DNA from: Anaerolineales bacterium
GTDB taxonomy: Bacteria; Chloroflexota; Anaerolineae; Anaerolineales; UBA11579
Direction of reading: 5' to 3'
DNA length: 64,000 bases
Assembly: GCA_040902205.1 (NCBI GenBank)
Contig: JBBDXR010000033.1
Coordinates: forward strand, 69,673-133,672
Every line of letters begins with the position of its first letter. The stretch's first letter is position 1. Shown in pieces: positions 25,355 to 32,997 of this stretch. The translations under genes and the position numbers were made by a program. The notes under the pieces are model-generated. The model saw nothing but the letters and a program-made list of their open reading frames with translations. It made no database searches and had not been told where the DNA came from.

Positions 25355-26974
25355 ATGACCTTACTCAAAGACTCAGCCCCGCGCATTCACGCCTGGGAAG
25401 AGGCCAAGCAGGCCACTCCAGAACGCATGCTGCGCGCCCGCGCCGCCCTCCTGGATATCCGCGCCGGCGCCCCGGTCTTCGAAGCCATCAGCCGCCATCC
25501 TCTGTCGGACGGCGGCTTCGTGGGCAAGCAGATCCTGGTGGCAGCCTATCGGGAGCTGGTCGAGAGCGGCGCCTGGATCGAGGATGCGGCCCTCCTGGCC
25601 CGCATCCGTCTCAAGCCCATGCGCACCCTCTCCGGGGTCAGTGTGGTCACCGTGCTCACCAAGCCATACCCGTGCCCGGGCAAATGCGTATTCTGCCCCA
25701 CCGATGTACGCATGCCCAAGAGCTACCTGCCCGACGAACCCGGGGCCATGCGCGCTCTGCAGCACGATTTCGACCCCTACGCCCAGGTGCGCAGCCGCCT
25801 GGATACCCTGGAGGCCCTGGGCCATCCCACCGACAAGATCGAGTTGCTTATCCTGGGCGGCACCTGGTCCTCGTACAAGCGGGACTACCAGGAAGAATTC
25901 ATCCTGCGCATGTTCGAGGCGCTGAATGGAGTACCCAGCGGCAGCCTTGCCGAAGCCCAGCGCTTCAACGAGACCACCCTGCACCGCGCCGTGGGCCTGG
26001 CGGTCGAGACCCGCCCGGACCACGTCAACCCTGATGAATTGGCCTGGCTGCGCTATTTAGGCGTGACCAAAGTGCAGATCGGCGCACAAAGCTTCGACGA
26101 GCATATCCTGGAGCTTAACAAGCGCGGTCACACGCCGGCCGAGACCCGCCAGGCCGCCGACCTGCTGCGCGCCGCCGGCTTCAAGATCGTCCTGCATTGG
26201 ATGCCCAATCTACTGGGCGCCACGCCCGCATCCGACCGCGCCGACTTTGCCAAATTGTGGGACGGCTATTGCCCCGACGAATTAAAGATCTACCCCACGC
26301 AACTTTTGGAGAATGCCGAACTGTATCTTTATTGGCAGCGCGGCGAATACCAGCCTTATTCCACCGAAGAACTCGTAGAGCTGTTGGCCGATATCAAGCC
26401 GACCATCCCCGAATATTGCCGCGTCAACCGCGTCATCCGTGATATTCCCTCCACGAATGTCGTGGAGGGAAATCGGCGCAGCAGCCTGCGCATGGATGTG
26501 CATGAGGTCATGAAGTCCAGGGGTCAGGTTTGCCGTTGCGTTAGGTGCCGGGAGGTCAAAGGGCGAGACATTGATGCGGCGCAATTGGGATTGCGCGATT
26601 TCCCGTACGCAACCCATCATGCCGAGGAACACTTCCTCACCTTCGTCACTCCCGAGGACCAGCTGGCGGGCTTCCTGCGTCTCTCGTTACCTAAGATCGA
26701 CTCCCCGGCCACCGGTCTCCCAGACCTCACCAGGGCGGCCTTGGTGCGCGAAGTTCACGTGTATGGCCAATCACTCGAAGTCGGCGAGGAACAAAGCGGG
26801 GCAGCCCAGCACATCGGCCTGGGCACGCGCCTGTTACTGCGCGCCGAAGAGACCGCCCGCAAGGCGGGCTTTGCGCGCATGGCGGTTATCGCCGCGGTGG
26901 GCACGCGCGGTTACTACGCCGGCCGCGGCTACCAACTGGGGGAGACGTATATGGTGAAAAACCTCAGTGATTAG
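25355..26974 (+). CDS. elp3: Elp3-type radical SAM/GNAT enzyme (tRNA U34 carboxymethylation family)
   Basis: ATG at 25355. Radical-SAM cluster motif CPGKCVFCP (CX3CX2C). C-terminal GNAT QHIGLGTRLLLRAEETARKAGFARMAVIAAVGTRGYYAGRGY. Confidence 0.85.
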   Translation: MTLLKDSAPRIHAWEEAKQATPERMLRARAALLDIRAGAPVFEAISRHPLSDGGFVGKQILVAAYRELVESGAWIEDAALLARIRLKPMRTLSGVSVVTVLTKPYPCPGKCVFCPTDVRMPKSYLPDEPGAMRALQHDFDPYAQVRSRLDTLEALGHPTDKIELLILGGTWSSYKRDYQEEFILRMFEALNGVPSGSLAEAQRFNETTLHRAVGLAVETRPDHVNPDELAWLRYLGVTKVQIGAQSFDEHILELNKRGHTPAETRQAADLLRAAGFKIVLHWMPNLLGATPASDRADFAKLWDGYCPDELKIYPTQLLENAELYLYWQRGEYQPYSTEELVELLADIKPTIPEYCRVNRVIRDIPSTNVVEGNRRSSLRMDVHEVMKSRGQVCRCVRCREVKGRDIDAAQLGLRDFPYATHHAEEHFLTFVTPEDQLAGFLRLSLPKIDSPATGLPDLTRAALVREVHVYGQSLEVGEEQSGAAQHIGLGTRLLLRAEETARKAGFARMAVIAAVGTRGYYAGRGYQLGETYMVKNLSD

Positions 26975-27003
26975 TGAATAGTGAGCCGTGAACAGGAAAA
27001 CCA

Positions 27004-27072
27004 TTGTCACTCCGAGCGGGTTTTATCTTTATGTGTCATCCTGAGGCGAACTCGGCGAGCCGAAGGACCTCT
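27004..27072 (+). repeat. repeat family A: head-only copy (27004-27018) plus full copy (27033-27072)
   Basis: TGTCACTCCGAGCGG and TGTCATCCTGAGGCGAACTCGGCGAGCCGAAGGACCTCTC. Confidence 0.7.
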
Positions 27073-27124
27073 CATAACCTCGTCTTCCGCGTAACCATGG
27101 TCGCCGTGAGCGTCGCATCTGCTT

Positions 27125-27601
27125 TTGATCTCGCAATTCATTGGAAGCAGAGTGCCTAAACGCGATTTCTACTCTCGTCTCGTCTATGCCCGCCGCGGCC
27201 CATTCGGCCGCCTGGCCTACTTGCTGCTGAAAGCGCTCGGCGCCGAAGTGCCGCGCCAGGTGGAGATCGGCGAAGGCTTCACGCTGGTGCATGGCGGCTT
27301 TGGCGTTGTCATCCATCCCAATACGAAAGTCGGCAAGAACGTGAAGATCTACCCCGGCGTTACCTTGGGCCGCGCTGACATCCACCTACCCATCGAGCGA
27401 TCCAAGTTCCAGGGTATTGAGATCGGTGACGAGGTGATCCTATCGCCCGGTTCCAAGGTGTTGTGCAAAGAAGGCGTATTGCGCGTGGGCCGCGGCACCG
27501 TATTGGGCGCTAACGCCGTGCTGCTCGAGTCCACCGGCGAAGGCGAGATCTGGGCCGGCCTGCCCGCGAAGAAGGTGGGATCGCGCCAGGGCTGGCAATG
27601 A
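27125..27601 (+). CDS. hexapeptide-repeat (LbH) acyltransferase, short serine O-acetyltransferase-like
   Basis: 158-aa ORF; the TTG start is uncertain. Left-handed beta-helix repeats IGEGFTLVHGGFGVVIHPNTKVGKNVKIYPGVTLG..IGDEVILSPGSKV. Confidence 0.65.
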   Translation: MISQFIGSRVPKRDFYSRLVYARRGPFGRLAYLLLKALGAEVPRQVEIGEGFTLVHGGFGVVIHPNTKVGKNVKIYPGVTLGRADIHLPIERSKFQGIEIGDEVILSPGSKVLCKEGVLRVGRGTVLGANAVLLESTGEGEIWAGLPAKKVGSRQGWQ

Positions 27602-27613
27602 GGGCCCTTTTCT

Positions 27614-27642
27614 TGACAGCCCTTGTGCACGCTTGTACAATG
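27614..27642 (+). promoter_or_regulatory. sigma70-type promoter for tRNA-Phe
   Basis: TTGACA (27614-27619), a 17-nt spacer, then TACAAT (27637-27642). The tRNA begins at 27654. Confidence 0.7.
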
Positions 27643-27653
27643 ACAACCCCTTC

Positions 27654-27726
27654 GCCGAGGTAGCTCAGTTGGTAGAGCACGCGACTGAAAATCGCGGTGT
27701 CGCCGGTTCAATTCCGGCCCTCGGCA
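27654..27726 (+). tRNA. tRNA-Phe (GAA)
   Basis: Manual cloverleaf: acceptor GCCGAGG/CCTCGGC, anticodon stem-loop CGCGA-CTGAAAA-TCGCG, T arm GCCGG-TTCAATT-CCGGC. No encoded CCA. Confidence 0.95.
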
Positions 27727-27824
27727 CTTACGCAGCGCCTTCGGCGCCTGCGTTTAGGAGTTGCTCCGGCTTCGCCGGGTAATGCAACCTCCAACTTAGC
27801 TTTAGGTTATAATTTTTGGTACTA

Positions 27825-27896
27825 GCGGGCGTGGCTCAGCGGTAGAGCGTCTCCTTGCCAAGGAGAAGGCCACGGGTTCAAATCCCGTCGCCCGCT
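27825..27896 (+). tRNA. tRNA-Gly (GCC)
   Basis: Acceptor GCGGGCG/CGCCCGC, anticodon stem-loop TCTCC-TTGCCAA-GGAGA, T arm ACGGG-TTCAAAT-CCCGT, discriminator U. Confidence 0.95.
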
Positions 27897-27901
27897 CAAT
27901 A

Positions 27902-27930
27902 AGAACAGGCTCATTGCCTGTTCTTTGTTT
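27902..27930 (+). terminator. hairpin plus T-tract after tRNA-Gly
   Basis: AGAACAGGC-TCATT-GCCTGTTCT followed by TTGTTT. Confidence 0.6.
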
Positions 27931-27986
27931 AAAGCAAAGGGGGTTAATTACCATAACTTTAAGCTCGGTATAATCCCCCTTTGCTA

Positions 27987-28057
27987 GGCGACGTGGCCAA
28001 GTGGTAAGGCAAGGGTCTGCAAAACCCTCACCACGGGTTCGAATCCCGTCGTCGCCT
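27987..28057 (+). tRNA. tRNA-Cys (GCA)
   Basis: Acceptor GGCGACG/CGTCGCC, anticodon stem-loop AGGGT-CTGCAAA-ACCCT, T arm ACGGG-TTCGAAT-CCCGT, discriminator U. Confidence 0.95.
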
Positions 28058-28099
28058 CTCGTAACAGCCCCAAACTCAACGTCGTTCTGTGAATTAGAA

Positions 28100-28127
28100 A
28101 AGGCCAGTCGCAAGACCGGCCTTTTCG
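28100..28127. terminator. bidirectional terminator between the tRNA cluster and rnhA
   Basis: AAGGCCAGTC-GCAA-GACCGGCCTT (one mismatch) with flanking A and T runs. Confidence 0.6.
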
Positions 28128-28136
28128 ATTCTTACG

Positions 28137-28571
28137 CTAAGAGTCGCCCAGCATGGCCTGCTTGGCTAGCCGATCCACTCTCTGGTTGTCTCTATTGGTC
28201 GAATGCCCCTTCACCCAATGCCAATGGATCTCGTGGCGCTCGATCGCCTTCTCTAAAGCCTGCCATAGTTCCACGTTAGCCAGCTTGCCGCCCTTGCGCT
28301 TCCAGCCGCGGGTTTGCCAGCCCGGCAGCCACTCTGTGATCCCCCGACGCAAGTACTGCGAATCCGTGTAGAAATCCACAAGGCTGGGTGCCCTGAGCGC
28401 CTCCAGGGCCTTCAGGGCGGCGGTCAGCTCCATGCGGTTGTTGGTGCTGTGCGCTTCGCGGCCGCAAAGCTCTCGCTCGTGGCTGCCTTCTCGGATCAAG
28501 GCCGCCCAGCCGCCCGGTCCCGGGTTGCCCAGGCAGGACCCGTCGGAGTAAATTGTCGCGTGCGCCAGCAT
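28137..28571 (-). CDS. rnhA: ribonuclease HI
   Basis: 144-aa ORF. Motifs: IYSDGSCLGNPGPGGWAA, TNNRMELTAALKALEAL, TDSQYL, W.WVKGH. Confidence 0.9.
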   Translation of the reverse strand: MLAHATIYSDGSCLGNPGPGGWAALIREGSHERELCGREAHSTNNRMELTAALKALEALRAPSLVDFYTDSQYLRRGITEWLPGWQTRGWKRKGGKLANVELWQALEKAIERHEIHWHWVKGHSTNRDNQRVDRLAKQAMLGDS

Positions 28572-28618
28572 GCGGGCATTTTATCAGCGGCGCGGGTGCG
28601 AGCTTATAATTCACCACC

Positions 28619-29902
28619 ATGCCAGACCTAAGTCCCGAACTGCTACCAAAACTGAAAGCCCATCGCATACCTGATCTTGACCTGGGCTCCAACTTCCAAT
28701 ATCCGGATTACTTGGGGGGTTCGATACTCAATTTGCCCGGCAGCGTGTGCAGTTTACTCGGCGTGCCCCGCTTCGGGGCGCCGCCGCTGCGTGATGAGAT
28801 TCTCACAAAGCTTGGCGGCCCTTACCAACGAGTGGTCTTCCTGCTGGTGGATGCTTTGGCTTTCCATCGCATGCAAGCCTGGATGCAGGAACCCGAATTT
28901 GCCGTCTGGCGCCAATTGGCGGGAGATGGCCTGCTGGCGCCGCTGACTTCAGTTTCACCCAGCACCACCTCGGCCGCGTTGACCAGCCTGTGGACGGGGC
29001 GCGCGCCGGGCGAACACGGCATTGCCGGCTATGAGCTGTGGCTCAAAGAATACGGCCTGGTGGCGAACATGATCGCCCATGCGCCGTTCAGCTTCGAACG
29101 GCAGGCCGGCTCGCTGTCGCATGCCGGCTTTGTGCCCAGGGATTTCCTTGGCCTCCCAACTCTGGGGCCGCACCTGACGGCTCATGGCGTTAACGCCTAT
29201 GCCTTCCAGCATTATGGCATCCTGGGGTCCGGGCTCTCTGACCTATTCTTTCCCGAGGTCAAGCGAAACGGCTATCTATCCCACAGCGACCTATGGATCG
29301 GTTTGCGGCAGCTGATGGAACTCCAATCGGCGCAACGCGCTTTCTATTGGGTGTACTACGCCGATGTGGATACCCTGTCGCACAAATACGGGCCGGATGA
29401 CGAGCGTGTGCATGCCGAATTTGCCGCCTTCAGCCAGGCCTTCGAGCGCCACTTCCTCTTCCGGCTGACGCCGGATGTGCGCAAGGATACGTTGTTCATT
29501 CTGGCCGCCGACCATGGCCAGATCCACACGGAAAAGGATCCGCATTACGAGTTACGCAATCATCCCAACCTGACGCGCCGCTTGCACATGCAGCCCACAG
29601 GAGAAAACCGCCTCATCTACCTCTTCGTCAAACCGGGACAGACCGAGGCGGTGAGAGAGTACATCGAACGCACCTGGCCCAACCAGTTCGCCATCCTGGA
29701 GTCAGCTTTCGCCCAGGAGGCCGGCTTGTTTGGTCCCGGACCCTCTTCGCCGCGGCTGGCCGAAAGGCTGGGAGACCTGATCCTGGTGGCTAAGGGGAAC
29801 GCTTATCTGTGGTGGAACCTGAAGGAAAATCCGTTGATCGGCCGGCATGGCGGCCTGGCCCTTGAAGAGATGTTGGTGCCGCTGGTGGCGGCGAGGCTTT
29901 AG
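28619..29902 (+). CDS. alkaline-phosphatase-superfamily protein (nucleotide pyrophosphatase/phosphodiesterase type)
   Basis: 427-aa ORF. Metal-site motifs FLLVDALAFH, SPSTTSAALTSLWTG, YYADVDTLSHKYGP, ILAADHGQ. Confidence 0.8.
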   Translation: MPDLSPELLPKLKAHRIPDLDLGSNFQYPDYLGGSILNLPGSVCSLLGVPRFGAPPLRDEILTKLGGPYQRVVFLLVDALAFHRMQAWMQEPEFAVWRQLAGDGLLAPLTSVSPSTTSAALTSLWTGRAPGEHGIAGYELWLKEYGLVANMIAHAPFSFERQAGSLSHAGFVPRDFLGLPTLGPHLTAHGVNAYAFQHYGILGSGLSDLFFPEVKRNGYLSHSDLWIGLRQLMELQSAQRAFYWVYYADVDTLSHKYGPDDERVHAEFAAFSQAFERHFLFRLTPDVRKDTLFILAADHGQIHTEKDPHYELRNHPNLTRRLHMQPTGENRLIYLFVKPGQTEAVREYIERTWPNQFAILESAFAQEAGLFGPGPSSPRLAERLGDLILVAKGNAYLWWNLKENPLIGRHGGLALEEMLVPLVAARL

Positions 29903-29924
29903 GCGTGTCTTTCTGGTTTTCTAG

Positions 29925-31292
29925 TTATCGAACCAAAACACGTTCGCCGTAGAATTGCTCGCGTAAGCTCGAGACCTGGCGGCGCAGTGTCTCATCCCGC
30001 TCCAGCATTTCACCCACTTTTTGGCAGCCATGCATGACCGTAGTGTGATCGCGGCCGCCCAGAATCTCGCCAATCTGGGGAAGGGATAGCTGGGCTTCTT
30101 CGCGCAACAGGTACATAGCCACCTGGCGGGCCAAAGCCACCTCAGCCGAGCGGTCCCGGGAAAGCAGGCGCTCACGGGAGATACCAAAAGCCTGGCCCAC
30201 GGCTTCGGCCAGCTTTTCGGGTTCCAGGGCTTGCGGCTCGGGGATCAGGTCGGCCAGAGCGCTATCCACCAGGTCCGGGGTGAGCGGCAGGCCGCGCAGG
30301 TAGGCGTAGGCCAGGATGCGGTTGAGGGCCCCTTCCAATTCGCGGATATTGGATTGCATGCGCCGGGCGATCGTTTCCAGCACAGCCGGTTCCACGTCTT
30401 TGCCGAGGCGCTCGGCGTTGCTGCGCAGGATGGCCAGGCGCGTCTCGTAATCGGGGGACTGGATGTCGGCGATGAGGCCCCATTCGAAACGCGAGCGCAG
30501 CCGCTCCTCGAGGGTGACCAGGCCCTTGGGCGAGCGATCCGAGGTGATCACGATCTGCTTGTTCTGCCCGTGCAAGGTATTGAAGGTGTGGAAGAACTCC
30601 TCCTGGGTGGATTCCTTACCGGCAATGAACTGGATGTCGTCGATCAGCAAGACGTCCGTCCGGCGGTATTTGTCGCGGAAGGCCTGGGTGGAATGCGAGC
30701 GGATCGCCTGAATGAGGTCGTTGGTGAATTCCTCGGAGGAAACATAAAGCACGTGCAAGCCGCTTTGCACCGCGGCATTGCCGATGGCGCGCAGCAGGTG
30801 GGTCTTGCCCAGCCCCACGCGCCCATACAGGAAGAGCGGGTTGTAGGCCTTGGCGGGGTTCTCCGCCACGGCCAGCGAAGCGGCGTGTGCCAGCCGGTTG
30901 CTATTGCCAACCAGGAACGTCTCGAAGGTGTAGCGCGGGTTGAGGGAGAAGTTGCTCGTGCCGGCCGCTTGCGAGCCCTCGCCGGGTGTCTCGACTGACT
31001 GGCGTTCGGCCGGGATCTCGGTCAATATTTCGACGGGCTGGGCGGCTTGCCAGACAACAAAACGGACTTCAACGGTGCGATTCATCATGCCGGTAAGCAA
31101 ACGGGTTACCGTGCTCTTCAGCCGGCTATCCAGCCAATCGCGGGCATACGCATTGTTGGCGCCGATGACGAAAGAACCGTCTTCATAAGCGACCAACTCG
31201 GCCTCGCGTACCCAGGTGTCATAGGTGCCTTTGGGCATCTCCACCTGCAGCTGGCCTTGGGCAGCTTCCCAGGCCTGGCTGGCATTCATCAT
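29925..31292 (-). CDS. dnaA: chromosomal replication initiator protein DnaA
   Basis: ATG at 31292 preceded by GGAGGAGG. AAA+ Walker A YGRVGLGKTHLL, LLIDDIQF, and the C-terminal DnaA-box-binding helix SLPQIGEILGGRDHTTVMHG. Confidence 0.95.
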   Translation of the reverse strand: MMNASQAWEAAQGQLQVEMPKGTYDTWVREAELVAYEDGSFVIGANNAYARDWLDSRLKSTVTRLLTGMMNRTVEVRFVVWQAAQPVEILTEIPAERQSVETPGEGSQAAGTSNFSLNPRYTFETFLVGNSNRLAHAASLAVAENPAKAYNPLFLYGRVGLGKTHLLRAIGNAAVQSGLHVLYVSSEEFTNDLIQAIRSHSTQAFRDKYRRTDVLLIDDIQFIAGKESTQEEFFHTFNTLHGQNKQIVITSDRSPKGLVTLEERLRSRFEWGLIADIQSPDYETRLAILRSNAERLGKDVEPAVLETIARRMQSNIRELEGALNRILAYAYLRGLPLTPDLVDSALADLIPEPQALEPEKLAEAVGQAFGISRERLLSRDRSAEVALARQVAMYLLREEAQLSLPQIGEILGGRDHTTVMHGCQKVGEMLERDETLRRQVSSLREQFYGERVLVR

Positions 31293-32095
31293 CGGACCTC
31301 CTCCAATGTTCAGTGTGTGCTCGGACGCTAGATAGGACAGGAGGACGGACCGTCGCCCCTGGCCGACAACCCGGCGTCCTGGGCTATTCAACTAATTCAG
31401 TTTTCGCGTGAGGCGATTGCGATCTGCGCACACCTGCGCTAAGGTCGGGGATTCTAACAGAAGACTCGCTGTGGACCATGCTTTTCCCCTACGCGCACCT
31501 AAAAAAAAGCGATTCTTTAAGCTGCATGTTTGTTAAAGATTTACGCGCAGAATTCTGCGTCAAAGCGGTTATCACTTTCCACCAGGCCTCCCGCCACAGG
31601 TGGGGTGAACCTGATGCGCAAGCCCCAGAAGCATCGATTGGATCATGTCATCGGGGGATTCTGCAGGTCCCGACGGAGGAATCTTAAAAGTCTTTAAGGC
31701 GAATGGAATGCCTTGCACATCACGCGGAGTTGGCGCGATGGGTATCTCGGCTGGATTTTCGATTCGCGTTGCAAAAATGTAAAGATCGCGAAATAAAAGC
31801 AGCTCGCGCGGCTCCAGAAAAGAATTTTTGCGTGGATGCGCGAGACCTTGATGGCCCATTCAGCTTGTCGCTCAATGATTTGGCCGAAACGGACTTCGAG
31901 GGGACGACAAAAGTGCGATTTGGCAAGAAACGAGTGTCGCCGGTCCGTCGAACGCGTGCGGGAGGGGCGAAAGGTTCACCCGTGTTGCATTTCAGGCGCA
32001 CCTGCCGCCAAGTATGTTTTCCCATCTAGGCCTAGATTGCTGGCTGCGCGGGATGAAAATAGGTGGTACAAACGCCTTTGCAAGAGAGGAAGATT
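31293..32095. other. candidate oriC / long regulatory spacer upstream of dnaA
   Basis: 803-nt non-coding stretch, visibly AT-richer (for example AAAAAAAAGCGATTCTTTAAGCTGCATGTTTGTTAAAGATTTAC at 31501-31544). Only degenerate DnaA-box matches: TGTGGACCA at 31470-31478 (7/9) and CGTGGATGC at 31831-31839 (6/9). Confidence 0.4.
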
Positions 32096-32674
32096 ATGAA
32101 GAATAAGCCCACCGCAGCATGGAGCACGCGTGACCTGCTGATCACCATCGTGATCGGCTTGGCTTTCGGTGTGCTCTTGGTCCCTGTCACCTATGTCTAT
32201 GGTCTCATGTTGGCTGCCGGCATCCTGGCCCGCGCCGTGCTCAGCGGCGTCTATTTCCTGCCGGCCGCTTTTGCCGCCTACGTGGTGCGCAAACCGGGTG
32301 CCATCCTGCTGGTCAGCGTCACCAGCGCGCTGGTCGTGCTGCCTTTCGGCTACGGTTTTATCGTCCTCGTGATCGGTGCGCTGACCGGGTTGGTAGGCGA
32401 GCTGGTCACCTGGCTGTTCACCCGCTACGTCAATTTCGGTCTGGGCCGCTTTGTGCTGGCCGGCGCCGTCGGCGGGGTTATTGAGTTCCTGCTCATCCTC
32501 GCTTCGCTGCGCACCTCGCAATTCGACCTGGGTCTGGTAACCTTGGCCGTTCTCGTAAGCGCCCTTACCTTTGCGATCTGCACCGCGGTGGCCAAGTATC
32601 TGGCCGACGCCGTGGCTCGCACAGGGGTGCTGGCCAATACGGCACTAGGAAAGGCCAATGCTGACGAAATCTGA
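32096..32674 (+). CDS. ECF transporter S component, YkoE family
   Basis: ATG at 32096 with GAGGAAG upstream. FAAYVVRKPGAILLVSV and AVAKYLADAVARTGVLANTALGKA parallel B. subtilis YkoE IAAYMIRKPGAALVSEI and LLGKAVSDSLAYTGVLNGMALGKE (from memory). Confidence 0.8.
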   Translation: MKNKPTAAWSTRDLLITIVIGLAFGVLLVPVTYVYGLMLAAGILARAVLSGVYFLPAAFAAYVVRKPGAILLVSVTSALVVLPFGYGFIVLVIGALTGLVGELVTWLFTRYVNFGLGRFVLAGAVGGVIEFLLILASLRTSQFDLGLVTLAVLVSALTFAICTAVAKYLADAVARTGVLANTALGKANADEI

Positions 32675-32990
32675 GCTCGCCGCTCCCAGCCCGGCAACCA
32701 GGACCCGCAGCGACCGGCTGACTGGCGGCTATCTGGTCTTTGTCGCCATCCGCTGTACGCTGCAATATGTGGTGCTGCCCTTCCTGCTCCCCTTCTTAGG
32801 GTTGAGCGGCTCGCTTTCAGTAGGCATCGCCACCGCCATCGATCTCCTCGCCCTGGGGCTGATCGCCTATAACATCGTCAATCTATGGAACACGTCCTGG
32901 CGCTGGCGTTACCTGGCGCTAAGCGTGCCCATGGTCGCCATTTTGCTGATCTTCCTTTTTCAGGATTACAAATTCTTCTTCCCTAGCTAG
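32658..32990 (+). CDS. small 3-TM membrane protein, unknown function
   Basis: 110-aa ORF. Its ATG overlaps the S-component end by 17 nt. Hydrophobic helices YLVFVAIRCTLQYVVLPFLLPFL, VGIATAIDLLALGLIAY and ALSVPMVAILLIFLF. Confidence 0.5.
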   Translation: MLTKSELAAPSPATRTRSDRLTGGYLVFVAIRCTLQYVVLPFLLPFLGLSGSLSVGIATAIDLLALGLIAYNIVNLWNTSWRWRYLALSVPMVAILLIFLFQDYKFFFPS

Positions 32991-32997
32991 CTCCTGC

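Noticed and set aside
31590-31650. Possible TPP riboswitch upstream of the YkoE-type transporter (GGTGGGGTGAACCTGATGCGCAAGCCCCAG resembles the ..GAACCUGAUC.GG.UAAU.CC.GCG.. arm).
   Set aside because: There is no CUGAGA pyrimidine-sensor element on either strand anywhere in 31393-32095. The match is short, and it lies ~450 nt from the start codon. An Infernal scan would be decisive.
31940-32010. Possible cobalamin riboswitch (CAGGCGCACCTGCC at 31993-32006 resembles the B12 box ..CAGGAGACCUGCC; GGGAGGGGCGAAAGGTTCACCC lies upstream).
   Set aside because: The B12-box match needs a 1-nt insertion plus substitutions. The other conserved elements (GCCACUG, CUGUAA, GGUG..AA.UCC core) are not present in order.
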